A stretch of DNA of 64,000 nt, from NCBI RefSeq assembly GCF_036321535.1, contig NC_087436.1, forward strand, positions 496,001 to 560,000. The letters run 5' to 3'. Under the pieces are notes generated by a model. That model had not been told where the DNA came from. It worked only from the letters and a program-made list of their open reading frames with translations, and ran no database searches. The position numbers and the translations under genes were made by a program. Positions 11,901-26,600 of the stretch are shown here, piece after piece. Source of the DNA: Camelus dromedarius. Lineage: Eukaryota. Positions within the stretch are counted from its first letter, which is position 1, and every line of letters starts with the position of its first letter.

Positions 11901-14660
11901 CACACTTATCTCTCAGAACTGAACAAGTGGAGAGACATTCGTTCATCAAGCTCCAAGGGAACGGGTTGCAGGAGACACTTTTTCTCTGCTTTCTCAGTCT
12001 GATTCTTAGTGCCGGTTTGAAGTTCCTGCAGTTTTCACTGTCAAACCGAGTTGGAGCTAGTACCTCCCCATATATATGTATGGAATGGAGTTTGCAACTG
12101 AAAAGAAACTTTGTGTTCCCAACAAGCTAGGTGAAGGACGGCTTTCACACACACTTATCTCTCAGAACTGAGCGTGTACAGAGACGTTCGTTCATCTAGC
12201 ACCAAGGGAACGGGTTGCAGGAGACACTTTACTCTGGTTTCTCAGTGTGTTTCCTGGTGCCGGTTTGAAGTTCCTGCAGTTTTCACTGTCAAACCGAGTT
12301 GGAGCTAGTACCTCCCCATATATATGTATGGAATTGAGTTGGCAACTGAAAAGAAACTTTGTGTTCCCAACAAGCTAGGTGAAAGACGGCTTTCACACAC
12401 ACTTATCTCTCAGAACTGAGCAAGTGGAGAGACGTTCTTTCATGTAGCACCAAGGGAACGGGTTGCAGGAGACACTTTTTCTCTGCTTCCTCAGTCTGTT
12501 TCCTAGTGCCGGTTTGAAGTTCCTGCAGTTTTCACTGTAAAATCGAGTTGGAGCTTGTACCTCCCCATATATATGTATGGAATGGAGTTTGCAACTGAAA
12601 AGAAACTTTGTGTTCCCAACAAGCTAGGTGAAGGACGGCTTTCACACACACTTATCTCTCAGAACTGAGCAAGTGGAGAGATGTTCTTTCATGTAGCACC
12701 AAGGGAACGGGTTGCAGGAGACACTTTTTCTCTGCTTCCTCAGTCTGTTTCCTAGTGCCGGTTTGAAGTTCCTGCAGTTTTCACTGTAAAACCGAGTTGG
12801 AGATTGTACCTCCCCATATATATGTATGGAATGGTGTTTGCAACTGAAAAGAAACTTTGTGTTCCCAACAAGCTAGGTGAAGGACGGCTTTCACACACAC
12901 TTATCACTCAGAACTGAGCAAGTGGAGAGACGTTCGTTCATCTAGCACCAAGGGAACGGGTTGCAGGAGACACTTTTTCTATGCTTCCTCAGTCTGATTC
13001 CTAGTGCCGGTTTGAAGTTCCTGCAGTTTTCACTGTAAAACCGAGTTGGAGCTTGTACCTCCCCATATATATGTATGGAATTGAGTTGGCAACTGAAAAG
13101 AAACTTTGTGTTCCCAACAAGCTAGGTGAAAGACGGCTTTCACACACACTTATCTCTCAGAACTGAGCAAGTGGAGAGATGTTCTTTCATGTAGCACCAA
13201 GGGAACGGGTTGCAGGAGACACTTTTTCTCTGCTTCCTCAGTCTGTTTCCTATTGCCGGTTTGAAGTTCCTGCAGTTTTCACTGTAAAATCGAGTTGGAG
13301 CTTGTACCTCCCCATATATATGTATGGAATGGAGTTTGCAACTGAAAAGAAACTTTGTGTTCCCAACAAGCTAGGTGAAGGACGGCTTTCACACACACTT
13401 ATCTCTCAGAACTGAGCAAGTGGAGAGACGTTCGTTCATCTAGCACCAAGGGAACGGGTTGCAGGAGACACTTTTTCTCTGCTTTCTCAGTCTGTTTCCT
13501 AGTGCCGGTTTGAAGTTCCTGCAGTTTTCACTGTAAAACCGAGTTGGAGCTTCTACCTCCCCATATATATGTATGGAATGGAATTTGCAACTGAAAAGAA
13601 ACTTTGTGTTCCCAACAAGCTATGTGAAGGACGGCTTTCACACGCACATATCTCTCAGAACTGAGCAAGTGGAGAGACGTTCGTTCATCTAGCACCAAGG
13701 GAACGGGTTGCAGGAGACACTTTTTCTCTGCTTCCTCAGTCTGATTCCTAGTGCCGGTTTGAAGTTCCTGCAGTTTTCACTGTAAAACCGAGTTGGAGCT
13801 TGTACCTCCCCATATATATGTATGGAATGGAGTTTGAAACTGAAATGAAACTTTGTGTTCCCAACAAGCTAGGTGAAGGACGGCTTTCACACACACTTAT
13901 CTCTCAGAACTGAGTAAGTGGAGAGACGTTCGTTCATCTAGCACCAAGGGAACGGGTTGCAGGGGACACTTTTTCTCTGTTTTCTCAGTCTGTTTCCTAG
14001 TGCCGGTTTGAAGTTCCTGCAGTTTTCACTGTAAAACCGAGTTGGAGCTTCTACCTCCCCATATATATGTATGGAATGGAGTTTGCAACTGAAAAGAAAC
14101 TTTGTGTTCCCAACAAGCTAGGTGAAGGGCGGCTTTCACACACACTTATCTCTCGGAACTGAGCAAGTGGAGAGACGTTCGTTCATCTAGCACCAAGTGA
14201 ACGGTTTGCAGGAGACACTTTTTCTCTGATTTCTCAGGCTGTTTCCTAGTGCCGGTTTGAAGTTCCTGCAGTTTTCACTCTCAAACCGAGTTGGAGCTAG
14301 TACCTCCCCATATATATGTATGGAATGGAGTTTGCAACTGAAAAGAAACTTTGTTTTCTCAACAAGCTAGGTGAAGGTCGGCTTTCACACACACTTATCT
14401 CTCGGAACTGAGCAAGTGGAGAGACGTTAGTTCATCTAGCACCAATGGAACGGGTTGCAGGAGACACTTTTTCTCTGCTTTCTCAGTCTGTTTCCTAGTG
14501 CCGGTTGGAAGTTCCTGCAGTTTTCACTGTAAAACCGAGTTGGAGATTGTACCTCCCCATATATATGTATGGAATGGTGTTTGCAACTGAAAAGAAACTT
14601 TGTGTTCCCAACAAGCTAGGTGAAGGACGGCTTTCACACACACTTATCTCTCAGAACTGA
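8930..14660 (+). repeat. Higher-order block 1: 9-mer (2240 bp) and 12-mer (2987 bp) duplications
   Basis: 'tatgaaggaagtc' at 9641 and 11881, and 'agcgtgtaca' at 9931 and 12171, are offset by 2240. Identical ORFs at 10192 and 13179, and 'tgagtaag' at 10924 and 13911, are offset by 2987. Confidence 0.88.
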
Positions 14661-17600
14661 GCAAGTGGAGAGACGTTCGTTCATCTAGCACCAAGGGAAC
14701 GGGTTGCAGGAGACACTTTTTCTCTGCTTTCTCAGTCTGTTTCCTAGTGCCGGTTTGAAGTTCCTGCAGTTTTCACTGTAAAACCGAGTTTGAGCTTCCA
14801 CCTCCCCATATATATGTATGGAATGGAGTTTGCAACTGTAAAGAAACTTTGTGTTCCCAACAAGCAAGGTGAAGGACGGCTTTCACACACACTTATCTCT
14901 CAGAACTGAGCAAGTGGAGAGACGTTCGTTCATCTAGCACCAAGGGAACGGGTTGCAGGAGACACTTTTTCTCTGCTTTCTCAGTCTGTTTCCTAGTGCC
15001 GGTTTGAAGTTCCTGCAGTTTTCACTGTCAATCCGAGTTGGAGCTAGTACCTCCCCATATATATGTATGGAATTGAGTTGGCAACTGAAAAGAAACTTTG
15101 TGTTCCGAACAAGCTAGGTGAAGGACGGCTTTCACACACACTTATCTCTCAGAACTGAGCAAGTGGAGAGACGTTCTTTCATGTAGCACCAAGGGAACGG
15201 GTTGAAGGAGACACTTTTTCTCTGCTTCCTCAACCTGTTTCCTAGTGCCGGTTTGAAGTTCCTGCAGTTTTCACTGTAAAATCGAGTTGGAGCTTGTACC
15301 TCCACATATATATGTATGGAATGGAGTTTGCAACTGAAAAGAAACTTTGTGATCCCAACAAGCTAGGTGAAGGACGGCTTTCACACACACTTATCTCTCA
15401 GAACTGATCAAGTGGAGAGACGTTCGTTCATGTAGCACAAAGGGAACGGGTTGCAGGAGACACTTTTTCTCTGCTTTCTCAGTCTGTTTCCTAGTGCCGG
15501 TTTGAAGTTCCTGCAGTTTTCACTGTCAAACCAAGTTGGAGCTAGTACCTCCCCATATATATGTATGAAATTGAGTTGGCAACTGAAAAGAAACTTTGTG
15601 TTCCCAACAAGCTAGGTGAAGGACGGCATTCACACACATTAATCTCTCAGAAATGAGCAAGTGGAGAGACGTTCTTTCATGTAGCAACAAGGGAACTGGT
15701 TGCAGGAGACACTTTTTATCTGCTTCCTCAGTCTGTTTCCTAGTGCCGGTTTGAAGTTCCTGCAGTTTTCACTGTAAAACCGATTTGGAGTTTGTACCCC
15801 CCCATATATATGTATGGAATGGAGTTTGCAACTGAAAAGAAATTTTGTGTTCCAAACAAGCTAGGTGAAGGACGGCTTTCACACACACTTATCTCTCAGA
15901 ACTGAGCAAGTGGAGAGACGTTCGTTCATCTAGAACCCAGGGAACGGGTTGCAGGAGACACTTTTTCTCTGCTTCTCAGTCTGTTTCCTAGTGCCGGTTT
16001 GAAGTTCCTGCATTTATCACTGTAAAACCGAGTTGGAGCTTCTACCTCCCCATATATATGTATGGAATTGAGTTGGCACCTGAAAAGAAACTTTGTGTTC
16101 CCAACAAGCTAGGTGAAGGACCGCTTTCACACACACATATCTCTCAGAAATGAGCAATTTGAGAGACGTTCGTTATTCTAGCTCCAAGGGAACGGGTTGC
16201 AGGAGACACTTTTTCTCTGCTTTCTCAGTCTGTTTCCTAGTGCCGGTTTGAAGTTCCTGCAGTTTTCACTGTAAAACCGAGTTGGAGCTTCTACCACCCC
16301 ATATATATGTATGGAATGGAGTTTGCAACTGAAAAGAAACTTTGTGTTCCCAACAAGCTAGGTGAAGGACGGCTTTCACACACACTTATCTCTCAGAACC
16401 GAGCAAGTGGAGAGACGTTCGTTCATGTAGCACAAAGGGAACGGGTTGCAGGAGACACTTATTCTCTGCATTTTCAGTCTGTTTCCTAGTGCCGGTTTGA
16501 AGTTCCTGCAGTTTTCACTGTCAAACCGAGTTGGAGCTAGTACCTCCCCATATATATGTATGGAATTGAGTTGGCAACTGAAAAGAAACTTTGTGTTCCC
16601 AACAAGCTAGGTGAAGGACGGCTTTCACACACACATTTCTCTCAGAACTGAGCAAGTGGAGAGACGTTTTTTCATGTAGCACCAAGGGAACGGGTTGCAG
16701 GAGACACTTTTTCTCTGCTTCCTCAGTCTGTTTCCTAGTGCCGGTTTGAAGTTCCTGCAGTTTTCACTGTAAAACCGAGTTGGAGCTTGTACCTCCCCAT
16801 ATATATGTATGGAATGGAGTTTGAAACTGAAAAGAAACTTTGTGTTCCCAACAAGCTAGGTGAAGGACGGCTTTCACACACACTTATCTCTCAGAACTGA
16901 GCAAGTGGAGAGACGTTCGTTCATCTAGAACCAAGGGAACGGTTTGCAGGAGACACTTTTTCTCTGCTTTCTCAGTCTGTTTCCTAGTGCCGGTTTGAAG
17001 TTCCTGCACTTTTCACTGTGAAACCCAGTTGGAGCTTCTACCTCCCCATATATATGTATGGAATGGAGTTTGCAACTGAAAAGAAACTTTGAGTTCCCAA
17101 CAAGCAAGGTGAAGGACGGCTTTCACACACACTTATCTCTCAGAACTGAGCAAGTGGAGAGACGTTCGTTCATCTAGCACCAAGGGAACGGTTTGCAGGA
17201 GACACTTTTTCTCTGCTTTCTCAGTCTGTTTCCTAGTGCCGGTTTGAAGTTCCTGCAGTTTTCACTCTCAAACCGAGTTGGAGCTAGTACCTCCCAATAT
17301 ATATGTATGGAATTGAGTTGGCAACTGAAAAGAAACTTTGTGTTCCCAACAAGCTAGGTGAAGGACGGCTTTCACACACACATATCTCTCAGAACTGAGC
17401 AAGTGGAGAGACGTTCGTTCATCTAGCACCAAGGGAACGGGTTGCAGGAGACACTTTTTCTCTGCTTTCTCAGGCTGTTTCCTAGTGCCGGTTTGAAGTT
17501 CCTGCAGTTTTCACTGTGAAACCGAGTTGGAGCTTCTACCTCCCCATATATATGTATGGAATGGAGTTTGCAACTGAAAAGAAACTTTGTGTTCCCAACA

Positions 17601-20600
17601 AGCTAGGTGAAGGACGGCTTTCACACACACTTATCTCTCAGAACAGAGCAATTGGAGAGACGTTCGTTCATCTAGCAACAAGGGAACGCGTTGCAGGGGA
17701 CAATTTTTCTCTGCTTTCTCAGTCTGTTTCCTACTGCCGGTTTGAAGTTCCTGCAGTTTTCACTGTCAACCCGAGTTGGAGCTAGTACCTCCCCATATAT
17801 ATTTATGGAATGGAGTTTGCAACTGAAAAGAAACTTTGTGTTCCCAACAAGCAAGGTGAAGGACGGCTTTCACACGCACATATCTCTCAGAACTGAGCAA
17901 GTGGAGAGATGTTCGTTCATCTAGCACCAAGGGAACGGGTTGCAGGAGTCACTTTTTCTCTGCTTTCTCAGTCTGTTTCCTAGTGCCGTTTTGAAGTTCC
18001 TGCAGTTTTCATTGTCAAACCGATTTGGAGCTAGTATCTCCCCATATATATGTATGGAATGGAGTTTACAACTGAAAAGAAATTTTGTGTTCCCAACAGG
18101 CTTGGTGAAGAGCGGCTTTCACACACACTTATCTCTCAGAACGGAGCAAGTGGAGAGACGTTCGTTCATCTAGCACCAAGGGAACGGGTTGCAGGAGACA
18201 CTTTTTCTCTGTTTTCTCAGTCTGTTTCCTAGTGCCGGTTTGAAGTTCCTGCAGTTTTCACTGTGAAACCCAGTTGGAGCTTCTACCTCCCCATATATAT
18301 GTATGGAATGGAGTTTGCAACTGAAAAGAAACTTTGTGTTCCCAACAAGCAAGGTGAAGGACGGCTTTCACACACACTTATCTCTCAGAACTGAGCAAGT
18401 GGAGAGACGTTCGTTCATGTAGCACAAAGGGAACGGGTTGCAGGAGACACTTTTTCTCTGCTTTCTCAGTCTGTTTCCTAGTGCCGGTTTGAAGTTCCTG
18501 CAATTTTCACTCTCAAACCGAGTTGGAGCTAGTACCTCCCAATATATATGTATGGAATTGAGTTGGCAACTGAAAAGAAACTTTGTGTTCCCAACAAGCT
18601 AGGTGAAGGACGGCTTTCACACACACTTATCTCTCAGAACTGAGCAAGTGGAGAGACGTTCTTTCATGTAGCACCAAGGGAACGGGTTGCAGGAGACACT
18701 TTTTCTCTGCTTCCTCAGTCTGTTTCCTAGTGCCGGTTTGAAGTTCCTGCAGTTTTCACTGTAAAACAGAGTTGGAGCTTGTACCTCCCCATATATATGT
18801 ATGGAATGGAGTTTGCAACTGAAAAGAAACTTTGTGTTCCCAACAAGCTAGGTGAAGGACGGCTTTCACACACACATATCTCTCAGAACTGAGCAAGTGG
18901 AGAGACGTTCGTTCATCTAGCACCAAGGGAACGGGTTGCAGGAGACACTTTTTCTCTGCTTTCTCAGTCTGTTTCCTAGTGCCGGTTTGAAGTTCCTGCA
19001 GTTTTCACTGTGAAACCGAGTTGGAGCTTCTACCTCCCCATATATATGTATGGAATGGAGTTTGCAACTGAAAAGAAACTTTGTGTTCCCAACAAGCAAG
19101 GTGAAGGACGGCTTTCACACACACTTATCTCTCAGAACAGAGCAATTGGAGAGACGTTCGTTCATCTAGCAACAAGGGAACGCGTTGCAGGGGACACATT
19201 TTCTCTGCTTTCTCAGTCTGTTTCCTACTGCCTGTTTGAAGTTCCTGCAGTTTTCACTGTCAACCCGAGTTGGAGCTAGTACCTCCCCATATATATGTAT
19301 GGAATGGAGTTTGCAACTGAAAAGAAACTTTGTGTTCCCAACAAGCAAGGTGAAGGACGGCTTTCACACGCACATATCTCTCAGAACTGAGCAAGTGGAG
19401 AGATGTTCGTTCATCTAGCACCAAGGGAACGGGTTGCAGGAGACACTTTTTCTCTGCTTTCTCAGTCTGTTTCCTAGTGCCGTTTTGAAGTTCCTGCAGT
19501 TTTCATTGTCAAACCGATTTGGAGCTAGTATCTCCCCATATATATGTATGGAATGGAGTTTACAACTGAAAAGAAACTTTGTGTTCCCAACAAGCTTGGT
19601 GAAGAGCGGCTTTCACACACACTTATCTCTCAGAACGGAGCAAGTGGAGAGACGTTCGTTCATCTAGCACCAAGGGAACGGGTTGCAGGAGACACTTTTT
19701 CTCTGTTTTCTCAGTCTGTTTCCTAGTGCCGGTTTGAAGTTCCTGCAGTTTTCACTGTGAAACCCAGTTGGAGCTTCTACCTCCCCATATATATGTATGG
19801 AATGGAGTTTGCAACTGAAAAGAAACTTTGTGTTCCCAACAAGCAAGGTGAAGGACGGCTTTCACACACACTTATCTCTCAGAACTGAGCAAGTGGAGAG
19901 ACGTTCGTTCATCTAGCACCAAGGGAACGGGTTGCAGGAGACACTTTTTCTCTGCTTTCTCAGTCTGTTTCCTAGTGAGGGTTTGAAGTTCCTGCAGTTT
20001 TCACTGTAAATCCGTGTTGGAGCTTGTACCTCCCCGTATATATGTATGGAATGGAGTTTGCAACTGAAAAGGAACTTTGTGTTCCCAACAAGCTAGGTGA
20101 AGGACGGCTTTCGCACACACTTATCTCTCAGAACTGAGCAAGTGGAGAGACGTTCGTTCATCTAGCACCAAGGGAACGGGTTGCAGGAGACACTTTTTCT
20201 CTGTTTTCTCAGTCTGTTTCCTAGTGCCGGTTTGAAGTTCCTGCAGTTTTCACTGTGAATTCGAGTTGGAGCTTCTACCTCCCCATATATATGTATGGAA
20301 TGGAGTTTGCAACTGAAAAATAACTTTGTGTTCCCTACAAGCAAGGTGAAGGACGGCTTTCACACACACTTATCTTTCAGAACTGAGCAAGTGGAGAGAC
20401 GTTCGTTCATCTAGCACCAAGGGAACGGGTTGCAGGAGACACTTTTTCTCTGCTTCCTCAGTCTGTTTCCTAGTGCCGGTTTGAAGTTCCTGCAGTTTTC
20501 ACTGTAAAACCGAGTTGGAGCTTCTACCTCCCTATATATATGTATGGAATGGAGTTTGCAACTGAAAAGAAACTTTGTGTTCCCAACAAGCTAGGTGAAG

Positions 20601-23600
20601 TACGGCTTTCACACACACTTATCTCTCAGAACAGAGCAAGTGGAGAGACGTTCGTTCATCTAGCACCAAGGGAACGGGTTGTAGGAGACACTTTTTCTCT
20701 GCTTTCTCAGTCTGTTTCCTAGTGCCGGTTTGAAATTCCTGCAGTTTTCACTGTCAAACCGAGTTGGAGCTAGTACCTCCCCATATATATGTATGGAATG
20801 GAGTTTGCAACTGAAAAGAAACTTTGTGTTCCCAACAATCTAGGTGAAGGACGGCTTTCACACACACTTATCTCTCAGAACTGAGCAAGTGGAGAGACGT
20901 TCGTTCATCTAGCACCAATGGAACGGGTTGCAGGAGACACTTTTTCTCTGCCTTCTCAGTCTGTTTCCTAGTGCCGGTTTGAAGTTCCTGCAGTTTTCAC
21001 TGTAAAACCGAGTTGGAGCTTCTACCTCCCCATATATATGTATGGAATGGAGTTTGCAACTGAAAAGAAACTTTGTGTTCCCAACAAGCAAGGTGAAGGA
21101 CTGCTTTCACACACACTTATCTCTCAGAACTGAGCAAGTGGAGAGACGTTCGTTCATCTAGCACCAAGGGAACGGGTTGCAGGAGACACTTTTTCTCTGC
21201 TTTCTCAGTCTGTTTCCTAGTGCCGGTTTGAAGTTCCTGCAGTTTTCACTGTAAAACCGAGTTTGAGCTTCCACCTCCCCATATATATGTATGGAATGGA
21301 GTTTGCAACTGTAAAGAAACTTTGTGTTCCCAACAAGCAAGGTGAAGGACGGCTTTCACACACACTTATCTCTCAGAACTGAGCAAGTGGAGAGACGTTC
21401 GTTCATCTAGCACCAAGGGAACGGGTTGCAGGAGACACTTTTTCTCTGCTTTCTCAGTCTGTTTCCTAGTGCCGGTTTGAAGTTCCTGCAGTTTTCACTG
21501 TCAATCCGAGTTGGAGCTAGTACCTCCCCATATATATGTATGGAATTGAGTTGGCAACTGAAAAGAAACTTTGTGTTCCGAACAAGCTTGGTGAAGGACG
21601 GCTTTCACACACACATATCTCTCAGAACTGAGCAAGTGGAGAGACGTTCTTTCATGTAGCACCAAGGGAACGGGTTGCAGGAGACACTTTTTCTCTGCTT
21701 CCTCAACCTGTTTCCTAGTGCCGGTTTGAAGTTCCTGCAGTTTTCACTGTAAAACCGAGTTGGAGCTTGTACCTCCACATATATATGTATGGAATGGAGT
21801 TTGCAACTGAAAAGAAACTTTGTGATCCCAACAAGCTAGGTGAAGGACGGCTTTCACACACACTTATCTCTCAGAACTGATCAAGTGGAGAGACGTTCGT
21901 TCATGTAGCACAAAGGGAACGGGTTGCAGGAGACACTTTTTCTCTGCTTTCTCAGTCTGTTTCCTAGTGCCGGTTTGAAGTTCCTGCAGTTTTCACTGTC
22001 AAACCAAGTTGGAGCTAGTACCTCCCCATATATATGTATGAAATTGAGTTGGCAACTGAAAAGAAACTTTGTGTTCCCAACAAGCTAGGTGAAGGACGGC
22101 ATTCACACACATTAATCTCTCAGAAATGAGCAAGTGGAGAGACGTTCTTTCATGTAGCAACAAGGGAACTGGTTGCAGGAGACACTTTTTATCTGCTTCC
22201 TCAGTCTGTTTCCTAGTGCCGGTTTGAAGTTCCTGCAGTTTTCACTGTAAAACCGAGTTGGAGCTTGTACCTCCCCATATATATGTATGGAATGGAGTTT
22301 GCAACTGAAAAGAAATTTTGTGTTCCAAACAAGCTAGGTGAAGGACGGCTTTCACACACACTTATCTCTCAGAACTGAGCAAGTGGAGAGACGTTCGTTC
22401 ATCTAGAACCAAGGGAACGGGTTGCAGGAGACACTTTTTCTCTGCTTCTCAGTCTGTTTCATAGTGCCGGTTTGAAGTTCCTGCATTTATCACTGTAAAA
22501 CCGAGTTGGAGCTTCTACCTCCCCATATATATGTATGGAATTGAGTTGGCACCTGAAAAGAAACTTTGTGTTCCCAACAAGCTAGGTGAAGGACCGCTTT
22601 CACACACACATATCTCTCAGAAATGAGCAATTTGAGAGACGTTCGTTCATCTAGCTCCAAGGGAACGGGTTGCAGGAGACACTTTTTGTCTGCTTTCTCA
22701 GTCTGTTTCCTAGTGCCGGTTTGAAGTTCCTGCAGTTTTCACTGTAAAACCGAGTTGGAGCTTCTACCACCCCATATATATGTATGGAATGGAGTTTGCA
22801 ACTGAAAAGAAACTTTGTGTTCCCAACAAGCTAGGTGAAGGACGGCTTTCACACACACTTATCTCTCAGAACTGAGCAAGTGGAGAGACGTTCGTTCATG
22901 TAGCACAAAGGGAACGGGTTGCAGGAGACACTTATTCTCTGCATTTTCAGTCTGTTTCCTAGTGCCGGTTTGAAGTTCCTGCAGTTTTCACTGTCAAACC
23001 GAGTTGGAGCTAGTACCTCCCCATATATATGTATGGAATTGAGTTGGCAACTGAAAAGAAACTTTGTGTTCCCAACAAGCTAGGTGAAGGACGGCTTTCA
23101 CACACACTTTTCTCTCAGAACTGAGCAAGTGGAGAGACGTTTTTTCATGTAGCACCAAGGGAACGGGTTGCAGGAGACACTTTTTCTCTGATTCCTCAGT
23201 ATTTTTCCTAGTGCCGGTTTGAAGTTCCTGCAGTTTTCACTGTAAAACCGAGTTGGAGCTTGTACCTCCCCATATATATGTATGGAATGGAGTTTGAAAC
23301 TGAAAAGAAACTTTGTGTTCCCAACAAGCTAGGTGAAGGACGGCTTTCACACACACTTATCTCTCAGAACTGAGCAAGTGGAGAGACGTTCGTTCATCTA
23401 GAACCAAGGGAACGGTTTGCAGGAGACACTTTTTCTCTGCTTTCTCAGTCTGTTTCCTAGTGCCGGTTTGAAGTTCCTGCAGTTTTCACTGTGAAACCCA
23501 GTTGGAGCTTCTACCTCCCCATATATATGTATGGAATGGAGTTTGCAACTGAAAAGAAACTTTGTGTTCCCAACAAGCAAGGTGAAGGACGGCTTTCACA

Positions 23601-26600
23601 CACACTTATCTCTCAGAACTGAGCAAGTGGAGAGACGTTCGTTCATCTAGCACCAAGGGAACGGTTTGCAGGAGACACTTTTTCTCTGCTTTCTCAGTCT
23701 GTTTCCTAGTGCCGGTTTGAAGTTCCTGCAGTTTTCACTCTCAAACCGAGTTGGAGCTAGTACCTCCCAATATATATGTATGGAAGTGAGTTGGCAACTG
23801 AAAAGAAACTTTGTGTTCCCAACAAGCTAGGTGAAGGACGGCTTTCACACACACATATCTCTCAGAACTGAGCAAGTGGAGAGACGTTCGTTCATCTAGC
23901 ACCAAGGGAACGGGTTGCAGGAGACACTTTTTCTCTGCTTTCTCAGTCTGTTTCCTAGTGCCGGTTTGAAGTTCCTGCAGTTTTCACTGTGAAACCGAGT
24001 TGGAGCTTCTACCTCCCCATATATATGTATGGAATGGAGTTTGCAACTGAAAAGAAACTTTGTGTTCCCAACAAGCTAGGTGAAGGACGGCTTTCACACA
24101 CACTTATCTCTCAGAACAGAGCAATTGGAGAGACGTTCGTTCATCTAGCACCAAGGGAACGGGTTGCAGGGGACACTTTTTCTCTGCTTTCTCAGTCTGT
24201 TTCCTACTGCCGGTTTGAAGTTCCTGCAGTTTTCACAGTCAACCCGAGTTGGAGCTAGTACCTCCCCATATATATGTATGGAATGGAGTTTGCAACTGAA
24301 AAGAAACTTTGTGTTCCCAACAAGCAAGGTGAAGGACGGCTTTCACACGCACATATCTCTCAGAACTGAGCAAGTGGAGAGATGTTCGTTCATCTAGCAC
24401 CAAGGGAACGGGTTGCAGGAGTCACTTTTTCTCTGCTTTCTCAGTCTGTTTCCTAGTGCCGTTTTGAAGTTCCTGCAGTTTTCATTGTCAAACCGATTTG
24501 GAGCTAGTATCTCCCCATATATATGTATGGAATGGTGTTTACAACTGAAAAGAAACTTTGTGTTCCCAACAAGCTTGGTGAAGAGCGGCTTTCACACACA
24601 CTTATCTCTCAGAACGGAGCAAGTGGAGAGACGTTCGTTCATCTAGCACCAAGGGAACGGGTTGCAGGAGACACTTTTTCTCTGTTTTCTCAGTCTGTTT
24701 CCTAGTGCCGGTTTGAAGTTCCTGCAGTTTTCACTGTGAAACACAGTTGGAGCTTCTACCTCCCCATATATATGTATGGAATGGAGTTTGCAACTGAAAA
24801 GAAACTTTGTGTTCCCAACAAGCAAGGTGAAGGACGGCTTTCACACACACTTATCTCTCAGAACTGAGCAAGTGGAGAGACGTTCGTTCATGTAGCACAA
24901 AGGGAACGGGTTGCAGGAGACACTTTTTCTCTGCTTTCTCAGTCTGTTTCCTAGTGCCGGTTTGAAGTTCCTGCAGTTTTCACTCTCAAACCGAGTTGGA
25001 GCTAGTACCTCCCAATATATATGTATGGAATTGAGTTGGCAACTGAAAAGAAACTTTGTGTTCCCAACAAGCTAGGTGAAGGACGGCTTTCACACACACT
25101 TATCTCTCAGAACTGAGCAAGTGGAGAGACGTTCTTTCATGTAGCACCAAGGGAACGGGTTGCAGGAGACACTTTTTCTCTGCTTCTTCAGTCTGTTTCC
25201 TAGTGCCGGTTTGAAGTTCCTGCAGTTTTCACTGTAAAACAGAGTTGGAGCTTGTACCTCCCCATATATATGTATGGAATGGTGTTTGCAACTGAAAAGA
25301 AACTTTGTGTTCCCAACAAGCTAGGTGAAGGACGGCTTTCACACACACATATCTCTCAGAACTGAGCAAGTGGAGAGACGTTCGTTCATCTAGCACCAAG
25401 GGAACGGTTTGCAGGAGACACTTTTTCTCTGCTTTCTCAGTCTGTTTCCTAGTGCCGGTTTGAAGTTCCTGCAGTTTTCACTGTGAAACCGAGTTGGAGC
25501 TTCTACCTCCCCATATATATGTATGGAATGGAGTTTGCAACTGAAAAGAAACTTTGTGTTCCCAACAAGCAAGGTGAAGGACGGCTTTCACACACACTTA
25601 TCTCTCAGAACAGAGCAATTGGAGAGACGTTCGTTCATCTAGCAACAAGGGAACGCGTTGCAGGGGACACTTTTTCTCTGCTTTCTCAGTCTGTTTCCTA
25701 GTGCCGGTTTGAAGTTCCTGCAGTTTTCACTGTCAACCCGAGTTGGAGCTAGTACCTCCCCATATATATGTATGGAATGGAGTTTGCAACTGAAAAGAAA
25801 CTTTGTGTTCCCAACAAGCAAGATGAAGGACGGCTTTCACACGCACATATCTCTCAGAACTGATCAAGTGGAGAGATGTTCGTTCATCTAGCACCAAGGG
25901 AACGGGTTGCAGGAGACACTTTTTCTCTGCTTTCTCAGTCTGTTTCCTAGTGCCGTTTTGAAGTTCCTGCAGTTTTCATTGTCAAACCGATTTGGAGCTA
26001 GTATCTCCCCATATATATGTATGGAATGGAGTTTACAACTGAAAAGAAACTTTGTGTTCCCAACAAGCTTGGTGAAGAGCGGCTTTCACACACACTTATC
26101 TCTCAGAACGGAGCAAGTGGAGAGACGTTCGTTCATCTAGCACCAAGGGAACGGGTTGCAGGAGACACTTTTTCTCTGTTTTCTCAGTCTGTTTCCTAGT
26201 GCCGGTTTGAAGTTCCTGCAGTTTTCACTGTGAAACCCAGTTGGAGCTTCTAACTCCCCATATATATGTATGGAATGGAGTTTGCAACTGAAAAGAAACT
26301 TTGTGTTCCCAACAAGCAAGGTGAAGGACGGCTTTCACACACACTTATCTCTCAGAACTGAGCAAGTGGAGAGACGTTCGTTCATCTAGCACCAAGGGAA
26401 CGGGTTGCAGGAGTCACTTTTTCTCTGCTTTCTCAGTCTGTTTCCTAGTGCCGGTTTGAAGTTCCTGCAGTTTTCACTGTAAATCCGAGTTGGAGCTTGT
26501 ACCTCCCCGTATATATGTATGGAATGGAGTTTGCAACTGAAAAGGAACTTTGTGTTCCCAACAAGCTAGGTGAAGGACGGCTTTCGCACACACTTATCTC

